Part shown: positions 1-11,244 of the stretch, piece by piece
Numbering within the stretch: position 1 is the stretch's first letter
Layout of the letters: every line of letters begins with the position of its first letter
Assembly (NCBI RefSeq): GCF_018977255.1
Contig: NW_024704754.1
Span: forward strand, 18,972,001 to 19,036,000
Reading direction: 5' to 3'
Source: Callorhinchus milii
Lineage: Eukaryota
DNA: 64,000 nucleotides
Program-made: the position numbers and the translations under genes
Notes under the pieces: generated by a model
The model's input: the letters and a program-made list of their open reading frames with translations, nothing else
Databases searched by the model: none
What the model was told of the DNA's origin: nothing

Positions 1-52
1 TCTGTGTCTGAGCTCCTCACATGTGGGCACTGACCCCTCGAGGTTGTGTGTT

Positions 53-236
53 GGCCTCTCTCCCCCGAGGCTGAGCCGCGATGAGGTGCAGGATAAGTTA
101 CAACATGGCTGTGTGGTGCTGTGCTGTCGTTCCCCCTGCCAACAGCAACTCGCTTCCTACTATCCCTGTCAGCCTCGCTGTCACGGCCGCCAGGGACGCT
201 TGGTCACGAACACACGCTCACAGGGCCCCGGGGGGT
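53..236. repeat. Direct repeat copy 1 (RPS14 last intron)
   Basis: Near-identical to 1163-1352, with about five substitutions in the core by eye. Confidence 0.9.
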
Positions 237-585
237 TCAGTCAGTGTCGGTGGGTGGGGGGGGAGAGCTCAGTAAGTTTCTGGGGGTGGGGTTGGGTGTG
301 AAACTGTTAGTCTGAATCTAACACCAACAATACAGCCACAATTCAGAAAGACGCAGTGACTGATCCCCAAAGACAACTTGTCCAGCAGCCAATCTGGTTA
401 CAACCTTAAACCCCCTCCCCCGAGGGACGTGTCTGAGGGCAACAACTTGTATTTATATGGTGTCTTTCATGCGGGGGCAGCGTCTCAGAGCGCCTGTAGC
501 GGGAACAAACACAACTGAGGGCAGCAACGGGAATAAACAAACCCGCAGCTCTGTTCCTCTGTATCCAGTGGGCAGTACCTGCTGT

Positions 586-747
<162 letters not shown>

Positions 748-774
748 ACCTTGTTTCTGTTCATGTCGGTAACC

Positions 775-780
775 AATAAA
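775..780 (+). terminator. RPS14 polyadenylation signal
   Basis: AATAAA 27 nt after the stop codon. Confidence 0.8.
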
Positions 781-1162
781 GGTATTTTACTGATCGGCTG
801 GGGCTGGTTTCTCTGCCGTCTGGCAATCCCTCGCTCTGCGTTCACTGTGGTACCTACTGCAGCCAGGATGGTTTATAACCAGCGGGGGATGCACACACGA
901 TGCTGTCTCAGTCACGGTGGGTGGTGGGGTGGGAGGGGGGGGGGGTGGGTATTGATTCTCACAGGATTCAAAAGCTTAAGCAGTGGCGGCCTGCGCACTC
1001 CACATTAATGTGGCGTCTGGTTAAGCAGTTGATGTTGGATGTGATGAGCGATTAGACCTCAGAAGCTTCTGTTTCATCACCTGTCAAAAATGAGATGTCT
1101 ATCAGAGAGGCAGACAGACACTGATTGGAGCCCTGATTGATCGCTGCCACTCACTCCTGTCC

Positions 1163-1352
1163 GGCCTCCCTCTTCCCCCCCCGAGGCTGAGCCGCGCTGA
1201 GGTGCAGGATAAGTTACAACATGGCTGTGTGGTGCTGTGCTGTCGTTCCCCCTGCCAACAGCAACTCGCTTCCTACTATCCCTGTCGGCCTCGCTGTCAC
1301 GGCCGCCAGGGACGCTTGGTCACGTACACGCGCTCACAGGACCCCTGGGGGG
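1163..1352. repeat. Direct repeat copy 2 (downstream of the RPS14 polyA signal)
   Basis: Near-identical to 53-236. Confidence 0.9.
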
Positions 1353-1560
1353 GAGGTGGGGTGTGGGTGAAAACTGATCTCACTCTGAGCGTTGGGCAGC
1401 CTGGCTACAATGAGCTTCGCAATCTGGAGCAGGTGGGGTTGGTTGGTAGCAGGGAAGCAGATGATAATCCTAGCGTTTGATATAGCGCCTTGTGTCTCGT
1501 CACATGAATTGACTGCTTTGTGGGTGAACGGCCTAAAATAAATGGAAGTGGTTGGGGACA

Positions 1561-1666
1561 CTTAGCAGGTCAGGCAGCAGCTACGGAGAGGAAAGTGGGT
1601 GCTGCTGTTCCCAGACAATTCTGTTTTGGGGTCAGGTTTCCAGCATCTGCAGTATTTTGCTTTTTG
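1561..1666. mobile_element. Internally deleted copy of a palindromic chondrichthyan repeat (same family as 26690-26966)
   Basis: cagcaggtcaggcagca...tttccagcatctgcagtattttgctttt. The left and right arm ends are joined without the centre. Confidence 0.6.
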
Positions 1667-3369
1667 CCCTAAACTAAACCTGTTTGTGAGCTCCAGACTT
1701 TTTTTGGTGGAATCACTGAGCAGATTTACATTGCAAAACGATGGGAGGAGCGGTTTGTTGGCTTGCAAGCCAGACTGTGAGGTTTTGACAGGGTCTCTGG
1801 TGTGTCTGTGCGCTGAGAGCCTCAGCCTGTTGTCGCCTGCCCCAATGCCATCCGGTTTCAGGGTTTGGGTTCTAAAATCCTTTCAATAAAAGGGAAGTGA
1901 AACATCCCAGTGCTGGTTGGTCTAGTTCTGTGTACCTGCTGAGGAGGCCTGGGTCAGCCTGGAGACCTGAGTGGGGGTGGGTGGGGGGTGCGGTTGGATT
2001 GTAGTATTGGGGTGGGCTGCGCTGTACCTCTGGGGGAGAGAACGCCACCCTCCCACTGCCAGCTGTGAAAAATGTTTCCTCGTTTCATTTCTAAACAGTT
2101 TAGCCTCAATTTAAGATTGGCCTCCGTTCATCAATTTTCTCACTGGAAACGATTGCTCACTATGAAACCTGCCAAAACCTTTCATTATGTTGCACACCTC
2201 GATCAGACCACCCCTCAACCTGAACTCGAGAGAGAGAGAGAATACAATCCCAGTTTTTCCATACTTTCAGCATAAATTAGGCCTTTGACATCAGGAAGTA
2301 TTCCAGTAAATCGCCGCTGCGCACACGCTTAAGGCCAATATATCCTTCTTGCGGTTCAGTGCCTAAACTTGCACACAATACTCCAATTGAAGTCTCACCA
2401 GGTGTTACATCGCTTCCTGACTTGTAAACCGGCCCCGTGTGAGAAACGCCAACATTGTGTTGGTCTTTTTAATTCACTTGCTCTTCCCCCCCAACCACGC
2501 GGGTCGCAGTGAAAGTCCACCGCAGGCCCAGAACACGTCCCAGCAGAGATCAGACCAGTGTAGACGTAAATGAGTCCACGGAATCACTGAACTCTTTAAC
2601 ACAAACTTGGTCATTGGTTCCTGACCATTCTAAACCAATGACCGTGACGACCAACAGCACAAGAGCAGGGACTGAGCTGCTGAGAACCCAGACGCTCATG
2701 GAGATCTTTGACCGGCAGAGGGCAGCAGTGCATTGTGAATGCACAGGGGAACCAGGTGATGAAACCATTTTAATGCAATGAACAATTCTGACCGTGTTGG
2801 GCTCTATTTTGCGGTGTTTCCTGATAACATGTTGGCAAGATGGAAGCCATACTCCTTGTCTTCTGTCCTGAGCCCTCGGGGACGCTGCCCTGGGTGAGGG
2901 GCCCTATATAAATGCAAGCTGTTATAATAATAATGCTTGCATTTGGTACAGCGACTCATCGAGAGGTCTCAAAGCGCTTCACAGAAAATACTGTAGAGTG
3001 AATTGCCTCTATTTTTGTGGGTGAAACACGGCAGCCGATTGTGCACAGCAGTGTCCCACACACACTCGTGCGATTGACCAAAATTTTAAGGGATTGTTAG
3101 CCAATTAGCCAGAAAAGGGACGCGCCAATTGACTATAACAATCGGGTTACTACTTACTGCTCGGTAAACAGACGTGGAGCAGGGAAACTTGCCCAATGTT
3201 TTGTTAGTAACCTGCAGATCAAATTTCCAAACCAATGGCCGCGATGAGAAATGTGTGCCTGAGCAGACTCCATTTTGATACTGACACATTTTAAATCCTG
3301 GGATTTGGACCCCGTTACCGTGAAAGTCGGATTATTTTTGTGTATGATTGAGGTTTTTACGATAATGAG

Positions 3370-3548
3370 GGGATTTCTAAAGGCTGTGGATTATGGCTGA
3401 ATCTATTCAAGACTGAGGTTTGTTAGGCCGGGGTATTAAGGGATACGGGGCAAGTGGGGGTAATTGGAGTTGAGATACAGATGAGCCATGGTCTTATAGA
3501 ATAGAATGGTGGAACAGGCTCGAGGGGCTGAATAGCCTACTCTTGTGG
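3370..3548 (+). mobile_element. CR1 LINE 3' end fragment
   Basis: Typical CR1 tail ...gatgagccatg...ggaacaggctcgaggggctgaatagcctactc. Similar pieces occur at ~6880-6990 and ~48700-48850. Confidence 0.7.
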
Positions 3549-3949
3549 TTGTGTAATGTCTCTGGTTGCCACCAGTGGGCAGTGTGACCTGTAACAGCCG
3601 CCCTCAATGGGGGAAAGTGTTTAGCCAATGCCATGGTGTGTGTGCGCTGATACTCCAGTTGTTGGGCAGATGTTTCTAGATCAGACACTGTTTTCGCGTA
3701 CCTCAGACTCTCAGAGGCAAGTACCGGGAAGTCCTTCCCCAGCTCACTTCCTCTTGTAGCCTGTGGTCATGGTGAGGCAGGTGGACATTGACAACATCCA
3801 ATGCCTTTCCCCACACATCATCCTCTTGTCGATGTTGGGGGGTGGGGTGGGGAGCAGGTCCCAGATCCACATAGTTCCAGGCTAAGGGGCTCTGGGCAGT
3901 TTGGACACCTGGACCTTCAGCGCTGTACCTACTGAACCCATCCCGGGCG

Positions 3950-4228
3950 GGTCAGGGCGAAACCGTAGGCTGTTAAGGAGGAACCCGCTTATTAGTCGAT
4001 GGCGGATCACTTTCCGGGGGTAATAATCCCTTCCAAAAAAATAATAATTTGGTCACTCAATCCACGACTGTTCATGGGACGCTGATGTGCGCAATTGGCT
4101 GCCACGTTTCTCCCACAACGCACACAGTCACTACACTTTACGGTGTATTCTGTGCAGCGCTTTGAGAAGTCTCGAAGACGTGATAAGGTGCTGTATCAAA
4201 TGCAAGGATTATTATTGTTATTATTATC
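3950..4228 (+). mobile_element. tRNA-derived (ATT)n-tailed SINE, 5'-truncated copy
   Basis: Shares the body gctgtgcgcaattggctgcc and the tail aagcgctttgag...aaatgcaaggattattatt with ~45 other copies or fragments in the window. Confidence 0.85.
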
Positions 4229-5313
4229 TCCTCCCCCAGTGGATCCAGGCAGCGACTGTATAACATCACTGTTATGCAAAGCTCATCGCTGAACCGAGCA
4301 CCGACCTTCCCCACCCTCCAAATCGCTGGTTGTCCTCAACCGCAAACACACAAACACAATCACGTTGTGAATCAATGTCTAATCCCAGAGTGAGCCACCA
4401 ATCTGCCCGGGTGCTGCTTGTGACTCACTGGTTACTGGGGAGAGGACTTCAGTTCTGTTCAGTTTTTTGGACCTGATTTTACTGTGTGTAGCTCGCCCTG
4501 ACTCAGGGGCTGTGGGTTATAGGATATCAGTGAGAGTGAAGCTCTCACACCAACTGCAATGGGGGTTTGGGGTGTTTAAAGGCGCTGTCACACTGGCACA
4601 GGTAGAGAAGAAGAGTTTCTCCTGGTGTTCGCAGCCCACAATCCTCCAAATAAAATGCTTGTTCACTCCATGGCTGTTTGCGGGACATTGAACATAATAA
4701 TACTGTAATAATAATCCTTGCATTTAATACAGTTAGTGCCTTATCACATCATTGAGCCGGATCAAAGCGCTTCATAGGATACGCTGTAAAGTGTAGTGAC
4801 TGTATTTGTGAGTGTAATGAGGGAGCCTATTGCGCACAGCAATATCCCACAAACCATGGAGTGAGTGACCACTTTGGGGGGATTGTTGACCAGCACAGCA
4901 GGAGACAGAGAGAAACTCCCTTCTCTTTTCGAATAGACGTGGGATCTTTGATCATGATATGATAAATTGGCGGACGGGTTTGCCTACAAATACACAGTCT
5001 CTACACTCTGCAGTAAATCCTGTGAAGCGCTTTGCAACGTTTCGACAATGTGGCACACTTCACCCACAAAACACAAACAATTCACTTTACAGTGTGGTCT
5101 GTGAAGCGCTTTGAGACGTTTCGAAGACGTGATGGGACGCTGTGTCAAACGCCAGGATTGTTATTATACTGTGGAACTCATTACCATCATAAAGGCTGTT
5201 GAAGCTGAAACAATAGACACCTTCAGAAGGAGGAGGTGGATGAGGAGCCCTGTGACAGCCTGTGGATGCTGCTGCTTATATTCACAGTTGGTGTATAGTG
5301 CGTAGTTAAGGTG

Positions 5314-5350
5314 GGGACTTTCCACAGTTCGCCGGAGCCAACTTCCTTTT
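5314..5350 (+). promoter_or_regulatory. CD74 proximal promoter motifs: NF-kB site and ETS/PU.1 site
   Basis: GGGACTTTCC at 5314-5323. ACTTCCTTTT (reverse complement AAAAGGAAGT) at 5341-5350. Both lie ~140-180 nt upstream of the CD74 ATG. Confidence 0.6.
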
Positions 5351-5491
5351 TTCGTTGGTCGCTGCAGTCTTGGTCTGAATGTGTTGACGCCTCTGTTCAG
5401 TACAAGAGTGAGCATCAGGGTGTCGCACAGCCTATTTCACAGCAGAGCGGGTCAGCGGTCAATCTCACTGTTTGCAGCCCAGATCGCAAGG

Positions 5492-5586
5492 ATGGCTGAC
5501 GAGCAGCAAAGCACCCTCCTGAACCACAGTCAGGACAGCATCAGCACCGGCACCACCGAGCCCAGCATTGCTCGCGGTCAGAACAG
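5492..5586 (+). CDS. CD74: CD74 exon 1 (cytoplasmic tail with acidic di-leucine-type motif)
   Basis: MADEQQSTLLNHSQDSISTGTTEPSIARGQN, ending ag|gtat (phase 2). In frame with exon 2. Confidence 0.88.
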
Positions 5587-5854
5587 GTATCGGCTTTCGC
5601 ACCGTTTTACGCGGTTTGTTATCTGCGCAATTGGCTGTGGCGTTTCACCCACAGAATAAACAGTCACTACACTTTACAGTATATTTTGTGGAGCGCTTTG
5701 ATGAGGCACGATAGCAAATGCAATAATTATTATTATTGTTTATAAAGTTTTTTGTGTGAATACCCTCTGTTTCCTGATCCCTTGGACAGTAACAAGGTCA
5801 CGGTCACAGAGAAGCAGATAGCAATATCGAACAAACTGAAATCGGTCTGTTCTC

Positions 5855-6175
5855 CCCATCGGGTCTGTGCTGGGGCTCGCTCCCCCACTGGAGCTCTCTA
5901 ACCCCATTCCCTGGCTCTCTCTCTCTCTCCCCATCGTGTCTGTGCTGGGGCTCGCTCCCCCACTGGAGCTCTCTAACCCCATTCCCTGCTCTCTCTCTCT
6001 CCCCATCGTGTCTGTGCTGGGGCTCGCTCCCCCACTGGAGCTCTCTACTCTAACCCCATTCCCTGGTCTCTCTCTCTCTCCCCATCGTGTCTGTGCTGGG
6101 GCTCGCGCCCCCACTGGAGCTCTCGACTCTAACCCCATTCCCTGCTCTCCCTCTCTCTCCCCATCGTGTCTACTG
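5855..6175 (-). repeat. Minisatellite with ~71-79-bp unit derived from a CR1 3' UTR segment (CD74 intron 1)
   Basis: Four full units of ccccatcgtgtctgtgctggggctcgctcccccactggagctctct...aaccccattccctg. Single or double copies at ~44395-44600 (attached to a CR1 tail) and ~55650-55800. Confidence 0.8.
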
Positions 6176-7601
6176 GTGCTCACTCCCCATTAAAACCATT
6201 AAGCTGTACTCTTATCTCATTCCCTTTCTATTTCTTCATTCTTTTTAATTATTTACTTGTTAGATTTTCCCATTCTTTTACACATTGTTATGGATTATAA
6301 AGCAGGTGATCCTCAGTATGTTGGCAGGTTATTACCCTCGGGGGGAAAGCCCCAATCCCGACCCCACACAGCGCTGCACACTGGAGGAGGGGGGTCTTTG
6401 GACAATAATCAGAGAGGGGAATCCTAAAGCCCTGACTTAGTCACTCAGGGACCTTCACAGGGTGTAGATGGAAATCCCTCCCTCCGCCTCCAAAATCCTC
6501 CTAAACTCCCTCTCGGTCTCTCGGTCAGAAGATGGTAACTCAATCCACGGCTGTTTGAGGGACACTGCTGTGCGCAATTGGCTGCTCTGTTTTGCCCACA
6601 AACGATATAGAGTCACTACACTCTACAGTATCATCAACGACATGATAAGCTGCTATATCAAATTCAAGGATTATTATTATTATTTTGTTGTTGAAACAAA
6701 CATGGCCGGTTAGTGAGATGCAATGAGCCGGCAAGAGCCCCCCCCCCCCCACCCACAACCCGGGTCTGTGTTTGCCTTCAGACTCCTGGCTCTGTGGGCG
6801 GCTGCCTGAGATCATCGTCACCTCAATGTGGTCTCAGTGGGGAAGATCCACTGGTACAGTGTGAGGTCAGGGTATCGGGGGATACTGGGCATCGTAGGCG
6901 GGTAATTAGAGCTGAGGTACAGATCAGCCATGATCTAATAGAAAGGCAGAACAGGCTCGAGGGGGTGAATGGCCTCCTCCTGCTCCTATGTTCAGGGTTT
7001 GTTCTCCTGGGGTCTGGGGGCTCAGGTTAGAAGCATTATGGTAATGTCCGCCCAGAGTCACAGCTTAGTGTGTGGTGTTGGATTCCAACCAACATTGGTG
7101 TCAGATTCCTTGACTGATCTGTGCATTATACAATTGTTGGTTTGGTGGTTAGTTGACACCAAGTCTGCGGCTGGGTGTGGGTGTGCGGGTGGGAGATGGG
7201 GGGAGGGAGGTTAGAATGAGGTAGAGGGAGAGATGGTGAGGCTAAAATTTTATTTCAAACCAGTGAAGGACACCGGGAAGAGGGAGGAGAGGTTTGGAGT
7301 TTGGGAGGAACAGAACGTGGAAGCTCACAGGAAGATTGTAGATAGAGTAGAAACCAGAGAGATTTTGACAGAGACCGAGAGAGAGAGAGGGAGAGAGAGA
7401 GACGGGGATGAGATGTGGGCACATTAGGGATTACCAAACAATGACCATTTGTCCGTGTCAAAATTGGCCGCTGCGTTTCGCCCAGAAAATACAGTCACTA
7501 CACTTTACAGTATATACAGTAAAGCGCTTTGAAACCTCTCAATGATGATAAGGGGCTAAATCAAATATAAGGATTATTATTATTATCTCTGTTCCCCACA
7601 G

Positions 7602-7777
7602 CGGTGGCGGAAGCTGTTCCCGGGGCCTCATGTGGACCGGTGTGACAATCCTGGGAGTCCTGCTCATCGCTGGCCAAGTGGTCAGTGTCATGTTCCTCAT
7701 GAAACAACAGGACAAGATCACTGACCTGCAGAAAACTACCACTGAGATCCAGAACAAGAACTCCGCTCCCCCGGCCA
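7602..7777 (+). CDS. CD74: CD74 exon 2 (type II transmembrane helix)
   Basis: ccacag| SGGGSCSRGLMWTGVTILGVLLIAGQVVSVMFLMKQQDKITDLQKTT..., matching the invariant-chain CSRG...LLAGQ...QQ pattern. Donor a|gtacgt. Confidence 0.93.
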
Positions 7778-8098
7778 GTACGTCACCCACACAGCAGGGC
7801 ACACTGTTCCCCAACCGGCCACACAACAACACATTTCACCCACAAAATACACAGTCACTACACTTTACAGTATATTCTTTGAAGTGCTTTGAGATGTCTC
7901 GGACGATGCTACATCAAATGCAAGGATTACTATTATTATAACAACAACAACATTTGCGTTTACATAGCGCTTTTCATGTCGGGGGGGACGGCCCAGGGAC
8001 TAGACAATGAGGGGTTTTGCCCCCGAGCTGAGAGAGGGCTGGGGAGGTGGGATTGGGGGAGGTTTGGGCTGAAGGTGATGAGTTTCTTCTCTGTGCAG

Positions 8099-8178
8099 AA
8101 CCCAAAACCACCATCCGCCTGCGGCCAATGATGAACATGCCGATGATGTATGACCTCCCCGAGCCCGAGGCACCAAAG
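8099..8178 (+). CDS. CD74: CD74 exon 3 (CLIP region)
   Basis: gtgcag| KPKTTIRLRPMMNMPMMYDLPEPEAPK |gtatga. Met/Pro-rich CLIP at the expected position. Confidence 0.9.
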
Positions 8179-8421
8179 GTATGAGCTGTGGAGTGGGGGG
8201 TGAAGGGGTATGGGAGGGGGTGGAGGAAACTCCTGTCTCTGTGTCCGCCTGCCTGGCTGCGCCATCCATCATCCGGGGAGGGGTGGGGGGGCACGAAGGC
8301 ACAACAGGCGCTCGGTGAGACAAAGCGCGCTGGTTACCGTGATCTCCACCACCCCCGCCAACCCTGCCTGACCCCACCCTGCTCCACACTCAGCCAGTTA
8401 TCATCTGTCGTTGTTTCACAG

Positions 8422-8484
8422 GAGAAGACCCCGACCCCAGCACCGCCCCTCACGCTGATGCAAGAGGTCGAGGAGCTGCTGAAG
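8422..8484 (+). CDS. CD74: CD74 exon 4
   Basis: ttcacag| EKTPTPAPPLTLMQEVEELLK |gtgagc, phase 0-0. Confidence 0.88.
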
Positions 8485-8752
8485 GTGAGCGGGACAGGGG
8501 GCAGGATCTGAGGGGGCCGGGACTGAGGGGGCAGGTGGGGGCTGTGCTGGGGTTTGGGGGAAGGGCTGGGTCTGGGTGCTGGGGGGCTGGGGTTGGGGAG
8601 CTGAGCCAGGGGATGGGGCTGGGGTTTGGGGGCCGTGTTAGGGCCAGGGTTGGGGCTGGGGGTTGGTGCCGGAAGGGCTCAGGGCTGTGTTGGGGGGCTG
8701 GGTTTGGGGTCTGCTGTTGTTGTCGCTTACTCTCTGTGTTTCTGCTCCTCAG

Positions 8753-8848
8753 AAAGAGAACTTGACCCAGGAATTGCCGAAGTTCAAGGGGACCCTGTTC
8801 AGTAACCTGAGGACCCTGCGTGAGAACGTGGAGGAGCCCATGTGGAGG
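8753..8848 (+). CDS. CD74: CD74 exon 5 (trimerisation domain)
   Basis: cctcag| KENLTQELPKFKGTLFSNLRTLRENVEEPMWR |gtgaga. Compare human ...[22 protein letters not shown]. Confidence 0.93.
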
Positions 8849-8952
8849 GTGAGAGATGCGCTGCTGATGACAGTGAGGGCTCTGTCCCAACACCTTCCCC
8901 CGACCTCTCTCTCTCTCTTCACAGACTTTAATGACCATTGTTTTCTGTGCAG

Positions 8953-9052
8953 GAGTTTGAGACTTGGCTGCGCAACTGGCTTATGTTCCAACTGATCCAG
9001 GAACAGCAGCAGAAAATCAGCTCCACCATCGCCCCATGGCACAAACCCCGAG
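8953..9052 (+). CDS. CD74: CD74 exon 6 (trimerisation domain)
   Basis: gtgcag| EFETWLRNWLMFQLIQEQQQKISSTIAPWHKPR g|gtagga. Compare human VFESWMHHWLLFEM. Confidence 0.93.
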
Positions 9053-9493
9053 GTAGGACATCTTACCACAGACACTCTTCCTCAGCCACACTCTCTTGGC
9101 CCTCTCACTCTCCCCCTCGCTCTCACTCACCCCCCCACCTCCCCCAACATACCCTTACTCCCCTCAGCCACACTCCCCTTCGGCCACACACACCCTCGCT
9201 CCCACTCCCCCCCTCCCCCCACACCCTCACTCCTCTCAGCTACACACCCCCTCGCTCTCACCCCTCTCTGCCACACTCCTTCCCCTTTCCCCCCACTATG
9301 AAGTGTGTGTCCGTGCAGTGATTGCCTAACTAACTGAAGATGTGGGGTGTAGGTGGGTTGGGTTGTAGGTGGCTTGGGGTGTAGGTGGGTTTTGGTGTGG
9401 GTGAGTTGGGGTGCAGGTGGGTTAGGGGTGGGGGTGTGGGCGGGTTGGGAGTTGGCTGCTCCTGTCTTGTCTCTGACAGTTGCCATGTTACAG

Positions 9494-9598
9494 GTGCAGG
9501 AAGGAAGATGATCTCCAGTATGATGTTCAAGCCAATGGCCCTCGACACCAATGACCAAAGCACCGTCAAGCCTGAGGAGGAGATGAAGTTGGTAAAAG
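9494..9598 (+). CDS. CD74: CD74 additional 105-nt symmetric exon with a second CLIP-like motif
   Basis: gttacag| (G)AGRKMISSMMFKPMALDTNDQSTVKPEEEMKLVK g|gtatgg. Phase 1-1, so it keeps the frame between exon 6 and the thyroglobulin exon. Confidence 0.72.
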
Positions 9599-9984
9599 GT
9601 ATGGAGTCCAGGCTGGCACAGCATTCACTGGCCACTGGCACACACTCCCTTCTGATAACTGCCACTCCCTCACTCACCCCCACTCACTGCCATCACTCAC
9701 CCCCCCCCCCCACTGCCATCACTCACCCCCCCCCCCCACTGCCACTCCCCCACTCACTACCATCCCCTCACTCACCCCGCCACTCCCAGGTCCCCTAACA
9801 AATGAGCAGGTCACGGTCTGTGGGACTGGGATCTTGGGCAGACACAGTGATAGGGATGGGATTAATGAGGGAGTGACTGGTGCTCACTCCCTGCACTCCT
9901 GGCATTTGGGATGTGATCCTGGACAATGGGACTCACTGTTCGGAGCCTCGGGAGAGTGATGTGAGCGGCTGGAGATGGGAGATG

Positions 9985-10331
9985 GACTTTCGATCTGGGC
10001 CCAAACTCTCATAAACGTCTTGCCCACGGACTGTCTCACACTCCCCTCGCGCGCTCTCCGCTCGCACACAATGTTGGGCAAGTTTCCTTACTCCACGCTC
10101 CTCTGTTTACCGGCGGTCAGTAGGAACCCGGTTGTTAGTCGATTGGCGGATTGCTTTTCTGGGGGTAATAATCCCTCAAAAAAAAGAAACAATAATAATT
10201 TGCCCACTCAATCCACGGCTGGTTGTGGGGACGCTGCCACGTTTCACCCACAAAATACACAGTCACTACACTTTACAGTCTATGCTGTGAAGCGCTTTGA
10301 GACGTCTCAAAGACATCATTATTATTATTAT
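9985..10331 (+). mobile_element. SINE copy upstream of the CD74 thyroglobulin exon
   Basis: Degenerate head, body gggcaagtttccttactcc, and (ATT)n tail. Confidence 0.85.
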
Positions 10332-10384
10332 CACACGTTGCTCTCCGTGTCTCACACTCCCTCGCACGCCTCCTCTCCGCCCAG

Positions 10385-10585
10385 TGGTTCCCGCCAAGAC
10401 AAACTGCCAGCGAGAGCGTGATAGGATCAAGCTGATGCCGGGTGTTTATGAGCCGACCTGTGACAAGGCTGGTGACTACACGGCAGAGCAGTGCCATGCC
10501 AGCTCCGGCTACTGCTGGTGTGTCAAGCCGGACGGCACTGAGATCCCTGGCACCCGCGTCCGCGGGCAACGGCTGCACTGCCAAC
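10385..10585 (+). CDS. CD74: CD74 thyroglobulin type-1 domain exon (p41-type cathepsin-inhibitor exon)
   Basis: ccgcccag| VVPAKTNCQRERD...PTCDKAGDYTAEQCHASSGYCWCVKPDGTEIPGTR...LHCQ c|gtaggt. Six Cys including the CWCV motif; 201 nt, phase 1-1. Confidence 0.96.
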
Positions 10586-10614
10586 GTAGGTCACAATCAT
10601 CACCACACAGTGAG

Positions 10615-10820
10615 GGGAGAGGGGGACAGGAGGAGGGGACGGAATAGGGCAGGAGGAGGGGAAAAGGGGGGTCAGGAGGAGGGGTGAGGGGGGGCAGGAG
10701 GAGTGGACGAGGGGGGCAGGAGGAGGGGACGAGGGGGGGAGCAGGAGGAGGGGATGAGGGGGGAGCAGGAGGAGGGTACGAGGGGGGGCAGGACGAGGAG
10801 GGGGTGAGGGCGGTCAGGAG
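10615..10820. repeat. G/A-rich tandem repeat (caggaggagggg-like)
   Basis: Visible repeated units; these explain the Pro- and Gly-rich spurious ORFs here. Confidence 0.85.
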
Positions 10821-11190
10821 GAGGTGGCAAGGGTGCTTGCCAGGCTCCGCCACTGTTAAGCGCTCTGAGACGCTGCCCTGTATAGAGGACACTGTATAAA
10901 TGCAAGTTGTCGTTGTTGTCTCTGTGGCCAGTGTCCTGTTCGCTATGTTTGCTTCTCCGCTCTGAGTCAGACGGTCTCTCTCACCTCCTGCTTACCCTGG
11001 GCAGCTGGCTGCTCTCCCCCCTCCCGCCACTCTCTTCCTCCTCCCTCCTCTCCCCCCTCTTCCTCCCCTTTGCCCCACACTCCCTCTCCCCTCCACCGCC
11101 CCCCCCACCCCTCTCCCCTCGTGCCTGTCAGCTGTTCTCTGGCTCGACTCCCTTCCTCATGGTGTCTGACCTTCTCTCTCTGGTTGTCAG

Positions 11191-11235
11191 GTTACACAGA
11201 GTCCGAGGAGCCGCGGACCTCCGGCCTGATTGACT
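11191..11235 (+). CDS. CD74: CD74 penultimate exon
   Basis: ttgtcag| RYTESEEPRTSGLID t|gtgagt. 45 nt, phase 1-1. Compare human ESLELEDPSSGLG. Confidence 0.8.
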
Positions 11236-11244
11236 GTGAGTAAC

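Noticed and set aside
1041-1124. C/D-box-like GTGATGA...CTGA
   Set aside because: No terminal stem, and it lies outside the RPS14 intron, downstream of the polyA signal.
5381-5491. In-frame N-terminal extension of CD74 (p35-like)
   Set aside because: The ORF caller started at GTG. There is no upstream in-frame ATG, so no support for an extended isoform.
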